Below, piece after piece: positions 28,035-37,826 of a stretch of DNA of 52,315 nucleotides (the first letter of the stretch is position 1; each line of letters begins with the position of its first letter). The notes beneath the pieces were generated by a model. It made no database searches. It was not told where the DNA came from and was given only the letters and a program-made list of their open reading frames with translations. Origin of the DNA: a bacterium (lineage in GTDB: Bacteria > Bacillota_I > Bacilli_A > RF39 > UBA660); NCBI GenBank assembly GCA_029218465.1, contig JAQXRJ010000069.1:1-52315 (forward strand), given 5' to 3'. A program made the translations under genes and the position numbers.

Positions 28035-29006
28035 TGAATTACTTTCTACGTAAGCTTTGTATTGTTTATTTAATTCAGAATCCTGTATTTTAACTTCATA
28101 TTCTTCTCTTAATTTAATTAAAGCTATTGTACTTAGTTTTTCATTATCAGAAAGTTTTTGATTAGCTAATTCTTCTATAATATCATCTTTTACATCTTCT
28201 AACTTTGGTTTATCTTTTTGAGCAGTTTTATATATTATATGATATCCATACTCTGTTTTAACTGGAGTAGTTGAATAAGTACCAACTTTCATATCTTTAG
28301 CAGCTTTTTCAAATTCGTCAACCATTTGTCCATGATTGAAATCAGCAAGTTTTCCACCAGAAGCGCTGTTAGAAGAATCATCTGAGTATTCTTTAGCAAG
28401 TTCTGCAAAATCAGCACCATCTTTCAATTTAGAAATTACTTCTTTAGCAATTTTTAATGCTTCAGCTTCTGCTTCAGCTTTTTCCTCATCAGTAGCATCA
28501 TCACTTACATCTGGTTTAATTAAAATATGACTAGCACTTATATCACCAAAAATTTCATCTTGATAATACTTGTTAATTTCTTTATCAGTTACTAATGTTT
28601 TAGCGTATCTAGTCGCAGCTAAGTCTCTTTTATAGTTAAGTGAAATATTACTTTTTAATTCTTCTTCACTTGAAACCCCATTTGCATTTAAATATTCATT
28701 GAATGATGAATATTGAGATTTATACATATTTTCATAATAATATTTAATTGTTTCAATTTGATTTTTGATGTAATCAGTTTCATCATCATCAGCTTTAAAT
28801 AATTCATCGAGTATTTGTCTATCTATTTTATTTATTAAAATGTTAAGCCCATATGTGTTCTTTAGATCTTCATATAAACTATCAACTGAAATATTTTCTC
28901 CCTTCAAAGTAACTACTGCATCTGTTCCATCTTTTAATTTAGGTACTTTACCACAACTAGTAACTACTAACAATACTATTAAAGTACTTAATAAAACTTT
29001 TTTCAT
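28032..29006 (-). CDS. prsA: Foldase lipoprotein PrsA (parvulin PPIase)
   Basis: Lipobox VTSC; ASHILI, FAELAKEYSDD, GG.L, MVDEFE, YGYHII. Confidence 0.93.
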   Translation of the reverse strand: MKKVLLSTLIVLLVVTSCGKVPKLKDGTDAVVTLKGENISVDSLYEDLKNTYGLNILINKIDRQILDELFKADDDETDYIKNQIETIKYYYENMYKSQYSSFNEYLNANGVSSEEELKSNISLNYKRDLAATRYAKTLVTDKEINKYYQDEIFGDISASHILIKPDVSDDATDEEKAEAEAEALKIAKEVISKLKDGADFAELAKEYSDDSSNSASGGKLADFNHGQMVDEFEKAAKDMKVGTYSTTPVKTEYGYHIIYKTAQKDKPKLEDVKDDIIEELANQKLSDNEKLSTIALIKLREEYEVKIQDSELNKQYKAYVESNS

Positions 29007-29158
29007 TTTTATGTTCTCCTTCCATTAAAGTTCTATATTTATAATAACAAAAACGAAGTTAAATTACAATTATTTTAATTAATTTTTAACAATAGTCCGA
29101 ACCTTTATTAATAATTACCATAAAATACTGTGAGTAAAGAAAAAGGAGGAATTAAATT

Positions 29159-29245
29159 ATGGGTAACAATTATAATGCATCAAACTACGCTATTGTTTTA
29201 GTTCTGTTCATATTACTAATAATTATATTAGGTACCTGTATATAA
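29159..29245 (+). CDS. 28-aa YjcZ/SscA-family small sporulation protein (not in ORF track), MGNNYNASNYAIVLVLFILLIIILGTCI
   Basis: AAGGAGGA RBS; AIVLVLFILLIII.G family motif. Confidence 0.85.
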   Translation: MGNNYNASNYAIVLVLFILLIIILGTCI

Positions 29246-29261
29246 TTAAGGAGGTGTAATT

Positions 29262-29372
29262 ATGTCTTGCTCTAATAATGAATGTTCACATCGTTGTGGA
29301 AATGGTTATGTTCTTATAATTGTATTATATGTTTTATTAGCAATTATACTTGGATCATGGATCACATACTAA
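29262..29372 (+). CDS. 36-aa YjcZ-like small protein (not in ORF track), MSCSNNECSHRCGNGYVLIIVLYVLLAIILGSWITY
   Basis: AAGGAGGT RBS; G.G.VLIIVLYVLLAII.G motif. Confidence 0.8.
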   Translation: MSCSNNECSHRCGNGYVLIIVLYVLLAIILGSWITY

Positions 29373-29399
29373 AAAAGGAAGGCTAACCTTCTTTTTTTT
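29373..29399 (+). terminator. Terminator of the small-protein pair
   Basis: GAAGG-ctaa-CCTTC followed by T8. Confidence 0.75.
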
Positions 29400-29534
29400 G
29401 TATAGAAAATAGTTATTATTTGTTGTATTAAATATTTTATAATAATATATCAAATTGCAAGAATTCATTAAAAACTATTACATATTTCATCAACATTATA
29501 TAGTAATACAAAATAAATACTTTAACTTTAAAAA

Positions 29535-29924
29535 CTATTTTATTTTATTAAAGATTTCATCTAAAGCAATCAATTCTTTTTTATTAAAAGTATGCATCAA
29601 ATTATCTGTTTTATATCTTGGAGTCGCATGCATATGATAGTGCTTAATTTCTTGACCAAAGTCGTTGTTCTGAACAAATGTTAGTCCTTCACAATTTAGT
29701 TTTTCTTTTAGTAAAGAATATATTTCTCTAGAAACTTTGTTAATATGACATAGAGTGTCTAAATCTATATCATTTATATTAGTAAAGTGCTTTTTTGGAA
29801 TAATAAGACAATCTCCATTAGTAGAAGGATTAATATCTAAAAAAACTTTAACTATCTCATCTTCATATATAGTGTAGCTTGGAATATCTCCATTAATAAT
29901 TTTACAAAATAAACAATCATTCAT
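29535..29924 (-). CDS. hit: HIT family nucleotide hydrolase
   Basis: DCLFCKII, FLDINP, HYHMH triad. Confidence 0.93.
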   Translation of the reverse strand: MNDCLFCKIINGDIPSYTIYEDEIVKVFLDINPSTNGDCLIIPKKHFTNINDIDLDTLCHINKVSREIYSLLKEKLNCEGLTFVQNNDFGQEIKHYHMHATPRYKTDNLMHTFNKKELIALDEIFNKIK

Positions 29925-30168
29925 ATTTTCTTCTCCTATTCATTATTATATAAGTAATTATAAAAGTTATGATTATTTGAAAAATAAACATATAATAGTT
30001 AATGCTGACTGGGAAACAATTTGAACATTTTTTAGTTTTCATAATGTTTATTATGTTATCTATTCCATAATAAGTTTTTATACTTGAATTTAACTTTATA
30101 GGAATAAATATTAAATTAATTATTACAGTTATTATAATTACTCTAATAATATATTTATATTTTTTCAT
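29917..30168 (-). CDS. Small 2-TM hypothetical protein (about 83 aa)
   Basis: AAGAGG RBS before ATG 30168; two hydrophobic segments around a loop with CSNC; overlaps the hit start. Confidence 0.6.
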   Translation of the reverse strand: MKKYKYIIRVIIITVIINLIFIPIKLNSSIKTYYGIDNIINIMKTKKCSNCFPVSINYYMFIFQIIITFIITYIIMNRRRKYE

Positions 30169-30208
30169 AACATACCTCTTTTTCATGATAACACAAAATA
30201 AAAAAAAT

Positions 30209-30230
30209 AAAAATCCAAAATTGGATTTTT
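30209..30230. repeat. Perfect 10-bp inverted repeat, candidate operator
   Basis: AAAAATCCAA-aa-TTGGATTTTT in the divergent hit/suf intergenic region. Confidence 0.55.
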
Positions 30231-30352
30231 GCGTAACACTCAAATATTCAATAATATAATGATACGTTTTTAAAAAATAAATACATAATATAAATAAAAT
30301 TTTATAATTTTATATATTGTGCTATAATATTGAAAGGAATGGAGGTATATTT

Positions 30353-31111
30353 ATGCTTGAAATAAAAGATTTGAATGTATGTATAGAAGATAAAAAAATA
30401 TTAAATGGATTATCTCTAAAAATAGAAAAAGGACAAATTCATGCGATAATGGGGCCAAATGGTACTGGTAAGTCAACATTATCTAAAGTAATAATGGGAA
30501 GTAGTGAATATAAGGTTTTATCTGGAGATATATTGTTTGAAAACAAAAGTATTAAATCATTGGATGTAGATGAAATCGCAAGACTTGGAATTTTTTTGTC
30601 AATGCAAAATCCACCTTCCATTGAAGGAATATCTAATAGTGAATTTATTAAAACTGCGATTAATTCTAAAAGTGAGGAACCAATAGGATTATACGACTTC
30701 ATAAAGAAAATAGAGAATAGTTCTAAAGAATTATTAATACCAAAAGATAATATTCATAGAAATGTAAATGTAGGATCTTCTGGTGGAGAAAGAAAGAAAA
30801 ATGAAATATTACAACTTTTAATGCTTGAACCTAAATTTATAATATTAGACGAGCTTGATTCTGGTCTTGATATAGATAGCTTGAAAATAGTATGTAAAAG
30901 CATAAATGATTATCTATCTAAAAATAAAGATGCTTCGGTATTAATAATAACTCATTATCCAAGAATTTTAGAATATATAAGACCTAATTATGTACACATA
31001 ATGCAAGATGGAAAAATAACTTCAACAGGAGATTATAGTTTAGCACTTGAAATAGAAAAAAATGGTTATTCCAAGATAAATAACATAGGTGAGAGTAAAG
31101 AAAATGAATAA
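30353..31111 (+). CDS. sufC: Fe-S cluster assembly ATPase SufC
   Basis: GPNGTGKST, SGGERKKNEILQ, DELDSGLDID, ITHY; extended -10 TGCTATAAT at 30320-30328; start moved to ATG after GGAGG. Confidence 0.95.
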   Translation: MLEIKDLNVCIEDKKILNGLSLKIEKGQIHAIMGPNGTGKSTLSKVIMGSSEYKVLSGDILFENKSIKSLDVDEIARLGIFLSMQNPPSIEGISNSEFIKTAINSKSEEPIGLYDFIKKIENSSKELLIPKDNIHRNVNVGSSGGERKKNEILQLLMLEPKFIILDELDSGLDIDSLKIVCKSINDYLSKNKDASVLIITHYPRILEYIRPNYVHIMQDGKITSTGDYSLALEIEKNGYSKINNIGESKENE

Positions 31112-31808
31112 ATTATTATTGAAAAGTGATGATGAAATAGATAATCTTGTTGTAGAAAAAGATACAGAACTAGAGCTTAATTTAAATAATTGTAGTAAAA
31201 AAATAAACATAATAATAGAAAATAATACATGCCTAAATTTATTGGACATGTGTAATAAAACAAGTAATATTATAGAAATAACTTTAAAAGAAAGAAGTAT
31301 TTTGATTTATAATAAAGCAGGTATAGATATTAATGACAGTATATTAGTTAATCTCGATGGTTATGAATCAAGTTTGGATATTTATACTAGTATTGTAAAT
31401 AAGGATAAAACTAATTCATTTTTTACAATAAGACATAACAATTCTAATACAAGCAGTTTTTTATCAAATCATGGAGTTAATGTTTCAAAAAATGAATTAA
31501 AATTCAATGTAGATGTAATAATTAACCAAAATGCAAATAATTCAAAGACTAATCAACAAAATAAAATTATTAATTTAAATAATGGAAAAAGCAATATATC
31601 ACCAAATTTAATTGTTGATAATGATAACATTGATGCATCTCATTCTGCATATATAAGTGATTTTGATGAAGAAACTATATTTTATATGAAATCAAGAGGA
31701 ATAAATGACAAAAATATAAAAATGTTACTTATGGATAGTTTCTTAATTGGCAATTTAAAAGAAGAATATCGAGAATTAATACAAGAACATTTTAAAAATA
31801 TAATATGA
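31104..31808 (+). CDS. sufD: SufD-like Fe-S assembly protein (short form)
   Basis: P.L.VD....ASH.A.I..FDEE..FYMKSRGI; operon position. Confidence 0.85.
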   Translation: MNKLLLKSDDEIDNLVVEKDTELELNLNNCSKKINIIIENNTCLNLLDMCNKTSNIIEITLKERSILIYNKAGIDINDSILVNLDGYESSLDIYTSIVNKDKTNSFFTIRHNNSNTSSFLSNHGVNVSKNELKFNVDVIINQNANNSKTNQQNKIINLNNGKSNISPNLIVDNDNIDASHSAYISDFDEETIFYMKSRGINDKNIKMLLMDSFLIGNLKEEYRELIQEHFKNII

Positions 31809-31822
31809 GGAGGTGACTAATT

Positions 31823-33025
31823 ATGAATAGAGAAGATTTTCCTATACTTAATAAAAATAAAGAATTGATATATTTTGATAACAGCGCAACAACTTTTAAA
31901 CCCCAAAGTGTAATATCTTCTATTGAGGAATACTATACAACATATACAGCTAATGCTCATAGAGGAGATTACGATAATTCTGTAGAAGTTGATCAAAAAT
32001 ATGAAGGAGTAAGAGATAAAGTTAAAGAATATATAAGTGCAGATGATAGGAAAGAAATAATATTTACAAAAGGAACAACTGATTCATTAAATATGATAGT
32101 ATTTGGATATATGAAATATTATCTTAAAGATGGTGATGAAGTATTACTATCAAAAAGTGAACATGCTTCAAACATACTTCCTTGGATGAATTTAGCTAAT
32201 ATAGTTGGCATAAAAATAAAATTTATTGATTTAGATGAGGATTTAACTTTAACAAAAGAAAACATAGAAAAGCAAATAACAAAAAATACAAAAGTTATAT
32301 CTATTGCACATATTACAAATGTTGTTGGTGATATAAGAGACTTAAATATGATTGGAAAGATTTGCAAAGATAATAATCTAATGTTTATTGTGGATGCTGC
32401 TCAGTCAGTAGCACATACAAAAATAGATGTAAAAAAATTTAATATTGATTTCTTAGGTTTTTCTGCACATAAAATGTTTGGGCCAACAGGAGTAGGAGTG
32501 TTATATGGAAAATATGATTTGCTTAATAAATTAATACCAACACAATACGGTGGAGGAATGAATTCTTTCTTTGAATCAACAGGAGAAGTTGAATATAAAG
32601 AACTTCCTGAAAGATTAGAAGCAGGAACACCAAATATAGCTGGTGTAATAGGTTTAGGTGCAGCAATAGACTATATAAATAAAATTGGTATTGATAATAT
32701 TCACAAGCATGAAGTTGAATTAAAACGATATGCAATAGAAAAATTAAAAGATATTCCAGATTTAAAAATATACAATATTAATCAAGAATCAGGAATAGTA
32801 GTATTTAATATAGAAAAGATATTTAGTCAGGATTTAGCAGTTTATTTAAATCATTATAAAATATGCGTAAGAAGTGGAAATCACTGTGCAAAAATACTAA
32901 AAGATGAAATAAAAACAACAAATACCTGTAGAGCCAGTTTTAGTATTTATAATACAAAAAAAGAGATAGATGTTTTAGTAGACGTGTTAAAAAATCATAA
33001 AAATATATATGATATTATTTTATAG
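31823..33025 (+). CDS. sufS: Cysteine desulfurase SufS
   Basis: YFDNSATT, EHASN, DAAQS, SAHKMFGPTG, RSGNHCA. Confidence 0.95.
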   Translation: MNREDFPILNKNKELIYFDNSATTFKPQSVISSIEEYYTTYTANAHRGDYDNSVEVDQKYEGVRDKVKEYISADDRKEIIFTKGTTDSLNMIVFGYMKYYLKDGDEVLLSKSEHASNILPWMNLANIVGIKIKFIDLDEDLTLTKENIEKQITKNTKVISIAHITNVVGDIRDLNMIGKICKDNNLMFIVDAAQSVAHTKIDVKKFNIDFLGFSAHKMFGPTGVGVLYGKYDLLNKLIPTQYGGGMNSFFESTGEVEYKELPERLEAGTPNIAGVIGLGAAIDYINKIGIDNIHKHEVELKRYAIEKLKDIPDLKIYNINQESGIVVFNIEKIFSQDLAVYLNHYKICVRSGNHCAKILKDEIKTTNTCRASFSIYNTKKEIDVLVDVLKNHKNIYDIIL

Positions 33026-33036
33026 AAGGTGTTACT

Positions 33037-33450
33037 ATGGATAGTAGATTTAAAAGAGAAGTAATGTTAGAACATTACTCAAAACCAATAAATAGAGGAT
33101 TGATCGATAGAACAGACTATATAAAAGTTAATACAAGAAATTCATCCTGTGTTGATAATATAAATGTAATGGTAAAAATAGAGGACAATATTATAAAAGA
33201 CATTAGATTTGATGGAGAAGCATGTGCTATATAAACATCCGCAAAATCTATAATGATTAAAACATTAATTGGTAAAACAATAGATGAAATAAAAAAAATT
33301 ATAGATAATTATGAAAAAATGATAAATGAAGAAGAATATAATAGAGATATATTAGAAGAATTGATTGTATATGATGAAATATATAAGCAACCTAGTAGAA
33401 AAAGATGTGCACTTCTTCCAATTGAAGCAATTAAAAAAATAATAAATTAG
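33037..33450 (+). pseudogene. sufU: SufU interrupted by one in-frame TAA at 33232-33234 (nonsense mutation or sequence error)
   Basis: EHY..P.N.G, NSSCVD, DGEACAI*TSAKSIM, RKRCALL; both track ORFs share one frame. Confidence 0.85.
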
Positions 33451-33468
33451 TAATATATAGGAGGAAAC

Positions 33469-34776
33469 ATGGAATTAAAAGGATTAAACGAAGAAAATAT
33501 AAAAGCTATATCACAGCATAAAAAAGAAGCATCCTGGATAACTGAATATAGACTAAACAGTTATGAAAAATTTAGAGAAATAAATAATCCATCTTTCGGT
33601 CCAAATAATGATATAGATTACAATAAGATAATTTATTATAAAAGTAATGATAATGATATAAAAGCTGATTGGAATGATATAGAAAAAAATGTAAAAAATG
33701 AATTTGATGATTTAGGTGTAATTAAAAGCGAAGAAAATCTTGATGGATTAGGTGTTCAATATGAAAGTGAAGTAATATATCACAATATGTTACAAGAGGT
33801 AAAAAATAAACATGTAATATTCACTTCAATAGAAGACGCTATGAAAAAATATCCAGATATTGTAAAAAAATACTTTGGGAAAATTGTATCTAATACAGAT
33901 AATAAATTTGCAGCATTAAATTCATCAGTATTTAGTGGAGGAAGTTTTATATATATTCCTCCAAACACAACTCTTGATAGACCTCTTCATAGTTACTTTA
34001 GAATAAATAGTAAGAGTATGGGACAATTTGAAAGAACATTAATTGTTGTGGATGATAACAGTTCTCTTCATTACGTAGAGGGATGTACAGCAACAACATA
34101 TTCTGAATCATCACTTCATGCTGCAGTTGTAGAGATATATGTAGGAAAAAATAGTAAATGTCGTTATTCAACAATTCAAAATTGGGCAACTAATGTATTT
34201 AATTTAGTGACAAAGCGTGCACTAGTAGAAGAAAATGGTACAATGGAATGGATAGATGGTAATATTGGTTCAAAAGTTACAATGAAATATCCTGCTTGTA
34301 TATTAAAGGGAGATAATTCGAGTGGTACTTGTATAACAATAAGTGTAGCAAGTAAAAATCAACAATTAGATAGTGGAGCTAGAATGATACATTTAGGAAA
34401 GAGCACTACAAGTCAAATTATTTCAAAAAGTATTGCAAAACATGGTGGAAATGCAACATATAGGGGAGATGTTGTAATAAAAGAGTCTGCAGAAAATAGT
34501 GAAGCATTAGTAAAATGTGATACTTTAATACTTGACAGTATCTCAAAAAGTGATACATATCCTAATAATAGTTGTAATAATACAACAAGTAGTCTTATAC
34601 ATGAAGCTACAGTATCTAAAATAAGTGAAGAAAACATATTTTATCTAATGAGTAGAGGTCTATCTAGAGAAAAAGCTACAGAGCTTATAATGCTAGGATT
34701 TATTGAAAGGTTTAGAGAGGAATTACCTCTTGAATATGCAGTAGAATTAAATTCACTTTTGAAAAAAAACTTATAA
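33469..34776 (+). CDS. sufB: Fe-S cluster assembly protein SufB
   Basis: QYESEV.YH, FSGGSFIY, GQFERTLI, LHAAVVE, HEATVSK, LPLEYAVELN. Confidence 0.96.
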   Translation: MELKGLNEENIKAISQHKKEASWITEYRLNSYEKFREINNPSFGPNNDIDYNKIIYYKSNDNDIKADWNDIEKNVKNEFDDLGVIKSEENLDGLGVQYESEVIYHNMLQEVKNKHVIFTSIEDAMKKYPDIVKKYFGKIVSNTDNKFAALNSSVFSGGSFIYIPPNTTLDRPLHSYFRINSKSMGQFERTLIVVDDNSSLHYVEGCTATTYSESSLHAAVVEIYVGKNSKCRYSTIQNWATNVFNLVTKRALVEENGTMEWIDGNIGSKVTMKYPACILKGDNSSGTCITISVASKNQQLDSGARMIHLGKSTTSQIISKSIAKHGGNATYRGDVVIKESAENSEALVKCDTLILDSISKSDTYPNNSCNNTTSSLIHEATVSKISEENIFYLMSRGLSREKATELIMLGFIERFREELPLEYAVELNSLLKKNL

Positions 34777-34931
34777 ACAAGATTTTTAATTATGTAATTA
34801 TTTATAAAAACAGTATTTTCTTTTATAGAAAATATTTTTTTTAATTTTAAAAGTCATTTAATACATAATTTGCATGATTTGAATAGTAATAAAATAAATG
34901 ATAAAGTAACGCTCAAAGAAAGGAGGCGTAA

Positions 34932-35264
34932 ATGCTTAATCAAATTATATTGGTTGGAAGACTAGTAAGAGAACCTGAACTAAAATCTTCTGAGAATAAT
35001 AAGCAATATATGATAATTACGTTAGCTATCCCAAGATCATTTAAAAATTCTAGTGGAGAATATGACACAGATTATGTAGATTGCATTCTTTGGGATACAA
35101 CAGCTAGATCAACTAGTCAATATTGTCATAAAGGTGATATTGTTGGTATAAAAGGCAGAATACAAAGTAGAGTAGTTGAACAAGAAAATGATTCTAAAAA
35201 GTATTATACAGATATAATAGCTGAAAGAGTAACATTTTTATCTAGCAACAAGAAATCAGATTAA
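34932..35264 (+). CDS. ssb: Single-stranded DNA-binding protein, short SsbB-like form
   Basis: MLNQIILVGRL..PEL, KGD.VG.KGRIQSR; no acidic C-terminal tail. Confidence 0.9.
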   Translation: MLNQIILVGRLVREPELKSSENNKQYMIITLAIPRSFKNSSGEYDTDYVDCILWDTTARSTSQYCHKGDIVGIKGRIQSRVVEQENDSKKYYTDIIAERVTFLSSNKKSD

Positions 35265-35276
35265 ATCTGATTTTTT
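35253..35276 (+). terminator. Terminator overlapping the ssb stop
   Basis: aaatcaga-ttaaa-tctgattt followed by Ts. Confidence 0.7.
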
Positions 35277-35466
35277 AATAGTTATAAATAATTATTGGAT
35301 GCAATCAATAAACTACAAAAAACAACAGTAACTAAAGTTTAAAATTAAGCTAGTATCAGAATAAAGTTTTTTTATATAAAAAGAATTTCCTTAAGTTACT
35401 AATTAGTTAACTTACTCCTATAAAGTATTGATTTTATCTATAATTTTTGTGATGGGAGATGATAGT

Positions 35467-35823
35467 ATGACTTTATTCGGTAGTAGATTAAAACAACTTA
35501 GAAAAGATGCTCATCTTACTCAAACTCAAGTAGGAGAAAAAGTTGGAGTAACAAAGGTTAGTATTTGTTGTTATGAAAATGGTACAAGGTTACCTTCTCT
35601 TGATACGTTAGTTGACTTAGCTAATTTATTTAAAGTTGATGTTGATTACTTATTAGGAAACGATACTTATGTTGTTGCGGACAATGATTATGAGTATTCG
35701 ATTAGCATGTCAAAAGAAGAATTAGTTTTTATTAAAGAAATAAGAAAGTATAATAAGCTACACAAAGATATAGTAGCTGATCCAAAAAGGATTGCTGAAT
35801 TGATTTATAAAAAATTGAAATAA
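35467..35823 (+). CDS. XRE-family HTH transcriptional regulator
   Basis: RLKQLRK...LTQ..V...VGV....I..YENG.R.P; start moved to ATG after GGGAG. Confidence 0.9.
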   Translation: MTLFGSRLKQLRKDAHLTQTQVGEKVGVTKVSICCYENGTRLPSLDTLVDLANLFKVDVDYLLGNDTYVVADNDYEYSISMSKEELVFIKEIRKYNKLHKDIVADPKRIAELIYKKLK

Positions 35824-35877
35824 TTGTATAATTATTTCAATTTTTTTGATATAATTTCTAATATAAGGAGGGGTAAA

Positions 35878-37113
35878 ATGAATTTAAATATAATTGACAT
35901 AATAAACAAAAAAAGACTTTCAGAAGAATTGACAAAGGAAGAGTTAGAATATTCTTTTAATGGATATTTGAAAGGTATAATAACAGATTATCAAATGAGT
36001 GCACTTTTGATGGCAATTTGTATAAATGATATGAGTGATGAAGAAATTTATAATTTAACAGATATATTTATTAATAGTGGAGATATACTAGATTTATCAA
36101 AGGTTTCTGGAATAAAAGTTGATAAACATTCGACGGGTGGAGTAGGTGATAAAACAACCTTAATTGTTGCCCCTATAGTCGCATCATGTGGTGTTAAAAT
36201 TGCTAAAATGAGTGGTAGAGGGCTTGGATTTACTGGTGGAACTATTGATAAACTTGAAAGTATAAAAGGATTTAATACAACGTTATCAAAAGAACAGTTT
36301 ATTAATCAATTAAACAACATTAATGTAGCGATTTCAAGTCAAACAGAAAATCTTACTCCTTTAGATAAAAAAATATATGAATTGAGAGATGTTACTGCAA
36401 CAACAGAATCAATTCCTCTTATTGCAGTTAGTATTATGAGTAAAAAAATTGCAAGTGGTGCAGATAAAATATTAATAGATATAAAAGTAGGTAGTGGAGC
36501 ACTTATAAAAAGTACAAAAGATGCAAATAGACTAAGTAAAATAATGATTAAAATAGGAAAAAAGTATAATAAAGAGACAAGAACTATAATTACAGATATG
36601 GATTCACCTTTAGGAAAAAGTGTTGGAAATACTTTGGAGGTATTAGAGGCATTTGAAATACTTATGGGAAAAGAAAAAAGCTATTTATATCATGTATCAA
36701 CAATTCTTGCAGCAAACTTAATAAGTATGGCTAAAGGTATAACAACAGAAGAAGCATTAAAAGAAGTAGAAATTGTAATAAATAATAAAGATGCATTTTA
36801 TAAATTGATAGAATTAATAAAAGCACAAGGTGGTGACATAAGTACATTAAAGATTAGTGATAATGTAATACCAATAAGAAGTAATAAAACAGGTACATTA
36901 AAAAGAATTGATGCATACAAAATAGGAATTCTATCAAGAAATTTAGGTGCAGGCAGAATAACAAAAGAAGATAAGATAGACTATACTGTAGGAATAGTTT
37001 TAAATAAATTTTTAGGTGCTGTAATAAATAAGGGAGATATACTTTGCTATTTATATGTAAATGAAGAATCTAAATATAGTGAACAAGAAGTATTAGATTG
37101 TTTTGAAATATAA
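35878..37113 (+). CDS. pdp: Pyrimidine-nucleoside (thymidine) phosphorylase
   Basis: DKHSTGGVGDKT, KMSGRGLG.TGGTIDKLE, SIMSKKIA; AAGGAGG RBS. Confidence 0.95.
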   Translation: MNLNIIDIINKKRLSEELTKEELEYSFNGYLKGIITDYQMSALLMAICINDMSDEEIYNLTDIFINSGDILDLSKVSGIKVDKHSTGGVGDKTTLIVAPIVASCGVKIAKMSGRGLGFTGGTIDKLESIKGFNTTLSKEQFINQLNNINVAISSQTENLTPLDKKIYELRDVTATTESIPLIAVSIMSKKIASGADKILIDIKVGSGALIKSTKDANRLSKIMIKIGKKYNKETRTIITDMDSPLGKSVGNTLEVLEAFEILMGKEKSYLYHVSTILAANLISMAKGITTEEALKEVEIVINNKDAFYKLIELIKAQGGDISTLKISDNVIPIRSNKTGTLKRIDAYKIGILSRNLGAGRITKEDKIDYTVGIVLNKFLGAVINKGDILCYLYVNEESKYSEQEVLDCFEI

Positions 37114-37826
37114 TGATGAAATATTATTATGTAATACTATTTATTTTATCTATTTTACCTTCATCAATAATATTAAAAATAATTTATGATAGAGATGATA
37201 ACAAAGAGTCTAAAGCATTATTAATAATTCTATTTGGACTTGGAATAATGTCTTGCTTATTAACTACTATACTTGACATATTTTTAGATGTTGTATCAAC
37301 TAATTATCACAATTTAATTAATAATTATAGCGAAAACATTTTAAAAACTTTTGCTTATGCTTTTTTTAGTATTGCACTAATAGAAGAATTTTCAAAGTGG
37401 ATTTTAAATTTTATTGTAATATGGAGACATAAAGAGTTTGATGAAAAATATGATTCAATCGTTTATTCATGTTTTTCAAGTCTAGGATTTGCGACTTTTG
37501 AAAATTGTCTATATGTAATATCAAATGGAATGAAAATAGCTTTTCTAAGAGGTATTTTTTCAGTTCCTGCACATGCTATGTTTGGAATTATATCAGGTTA
37601 TTATATAGGAAATGCAAGAGATTACTTTATAAAAAATAATAAGCCTAAGTGTAGATTAAGTATAATAATTAGTTTGGCTTTTCCTATTATATTACACACT
37701 ATCTATGATTTTTTAATTTTGTTACATAACAATATATCTATAATATTATTTATACCTTTTATGATATTATTATATATAAATGCAATAGATAAAGTTACTA
37801 AAAGTTCAAAAAAAATTATTCGATAA
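37113..37826 (+). CDS. prsW: PrsW-family intramembrane glutamic protease
   Basis: EEFSK, LGFATFEN, R...SVPAHA, LHTIYD. Confidence 0.9.
   Translation: MMKYYYVILFILSILPSSIILKIIYDRDDNKESKALLIILFGLGIMSCLLTTILDIFLDVVSTNYHNLINNYSENILKTFAYAFFSIALIEEFSKWILNFIVIWRHKEFDEKYDSIVYSCFSSLGFATFENCLYVISNGMKIAFLRGIFSVPAHAMFGIISGYYIGNARDYFIKNNKPKCRLSIIISLAFPIILHTIYDFLILLHNNISIILFIPFMILLYINAIDKVTKSSKKIIR

Noticed and set aside
33232-33234. Selenocysteine or alternative genetic code at the sufU stop
   Set aside because: The codon is TAA, not TGA, and TAA is the normal stop throughout the window.
34932-35823. Prophage remnant (ssb + XRE)
   Set aside because: No integrase, structural or replication genes; the neighbours are housekeeping genes.
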